Source of the DNA: Archaeoglobus fulgidus DSM 4304 | GTDB taxonomy: Archaea > Halobacteriota > Archaeoglobi > Archaeoglobales > Archaeoglobaceae | Length of the DNA: 32,000 nucleotides | NCBI RefSeq assembly: GCF_000008665.1 | Contig: NC_000917.1 | Location: 1,440,001-1,472,000, forward strand | Reading direction: 5' to 3' | Shown: positions 31,664-32,000 of the stretch, piece after piece | Layout: every line of letters starts with the position of its first letter | Position numbering within the stretch: position 1 is the first letter of the stretch | Program-made: the position numbers and the translations under genes | Notes under the pieces: model-generated | What the model was told of the DNA's origin: nothing | The model's database searches: none | Seen by the model: only the letters and a program-made list of their open reading frames with translations

Positions 31664-32000
31664 TCATTCCCACATCGGCTCCCTTTTCTCAAAGAAGGCC
31701 CTTATCCCCTCTTTAGCATCTTCCGTGGAGCTGTACAGTGAAATGGACTCTGTTGCAAAGGCCAATGCCTGAAAGTCCTCCATAAATAGCTGCTTGTAGA
31801 AGAACCTCTTTCCCGATTCAAGGACATTTAGGCTGTATCTCGCAACACTTTCGGCAAGCTTCATGGTTTCCTCCTCAAGCTTTTCATCCTCAACAACCCT
31901 GTTTACGAGCCCGAACTGCAAAGCTTCATCAGCAGTAATGAATTCCCCCGTGAAGCCCATCTCAAAGGCTTTCTTCCGTCCAACCGCTCTGCTTACGAAG
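31664..32000 (-). CDS. Enoyl-CoA hydratase/isomerase (crotonase) family protein, C-terminal part; ORF enters from the right edge
   Basis: The minus-strand frame stays open to position 32000 (...FVSRAVGRKKAFEMGFTGEFITADEALQFGLVNRVV...EGIRAFFEKREPMWE*), the typical crotonase C-terminal region. The ORF-track entry begins at an internal Met. Confidence 0.85.
   Translation of the reverse strand, partial: FVSRAVGRKKAFEMGFTGEFITADEALQFGLVNRVVEDEKLEEETMKLAESVARYSLNVLESGKRFFYKQLFMEDFQALAFATESISLYSSTEDAKEGIRAFFEKREPMWE

Noticed and set aside
31208-31741. 177-aa plus-strand ORF overlapping rubrerythrin in another frame
   Set aside because: Arg/Ser-rich translation in an alternate frame of a gene with complete diiron and rubredoxin motifs.
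1-32000. Search for CRISPR arrays, tRNA/rRNA genes and C/D-box sRNAs
   Set aside because: No array of regularly spaced repeats was seen; the only tandem repeat is the 10-nt x2 AT element at 24569. Intergenic regions are AT-rich with no cloverleaf-like GC-rich segments, and I saw no convincing RUGAUGA...CUGA box pairs. This was a by-eye scan, so small RNAs cannot be excluded.

Overview
Dense 32-kb chromosomal window from a hyperthermophilic euryarchaeon. Gene content and my unverified recollection of the rbcL-2 / histidine kinase / rubrerythrin neighbourhood point to Archaeoglobus fulgidus. About 37 protein genes, and I saw no tRNA, rRNA or CRISPR array. Layout, left to right: (1) trpC-like gene running off the left edge. 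(2) A polyamine block: potA-potB-potC-potD importer on the minus strand (potD carries a 1-nt frameshift), proS, speH (AdoMet decarboxylase) abutting a BpsA-type branched-polyamine synthase, and an APC permease fused to two Usp domains. (3) A HEPN/MNT toxin-antitoxin pair divergent from a radical-SAM/SPASM enzyme. (4) A minus-strand cluster of two UPF0324 (YeiH-like) transporters around a kinase-less TM-HAMP-PAS-DUF835-HTH sensor, followed by two small proteins; the longer transporter is frameshifted. (5) Lrp/AsnC, aminotransferase and MoaD-like GG protein. (6) A visibly more AT-rich mosaic at about 19.2-26.4 kb: a large type-IV-pilin-like surface protein, a DUF2178 + XRE pair with a perfect palindromic operator, a ~1.2-kb DDE IS element, a doubly truncated paralog of the pilin-like gene joined tail-to-tail to a truncated pdaD, an RHH protein and a TauE + DUF1634-like pair. 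This segment is bracketed by ~100-nt direct repeats: a decayed copy and the live copy of the 3' end of a radical-SAM gene. (7) A CX4CX2C radical SAM gene (frameshifted) with a coupled 92-aa protein. (8) A co-directional run of GGR-family flavoprotein, form III RuBisCO, PAS histidine kinase and rubrerythrin, then a convergent enoyl-CoA hydratase leaving the right edge. Recurring themes are three single-base frameshifts, mostly leaderless transcription units with a TATA box ~25 nt upstream of the start, and two divergent gene pairs that share one central TATA box. All homology calls come from motif recognition by eye; no database search was run.
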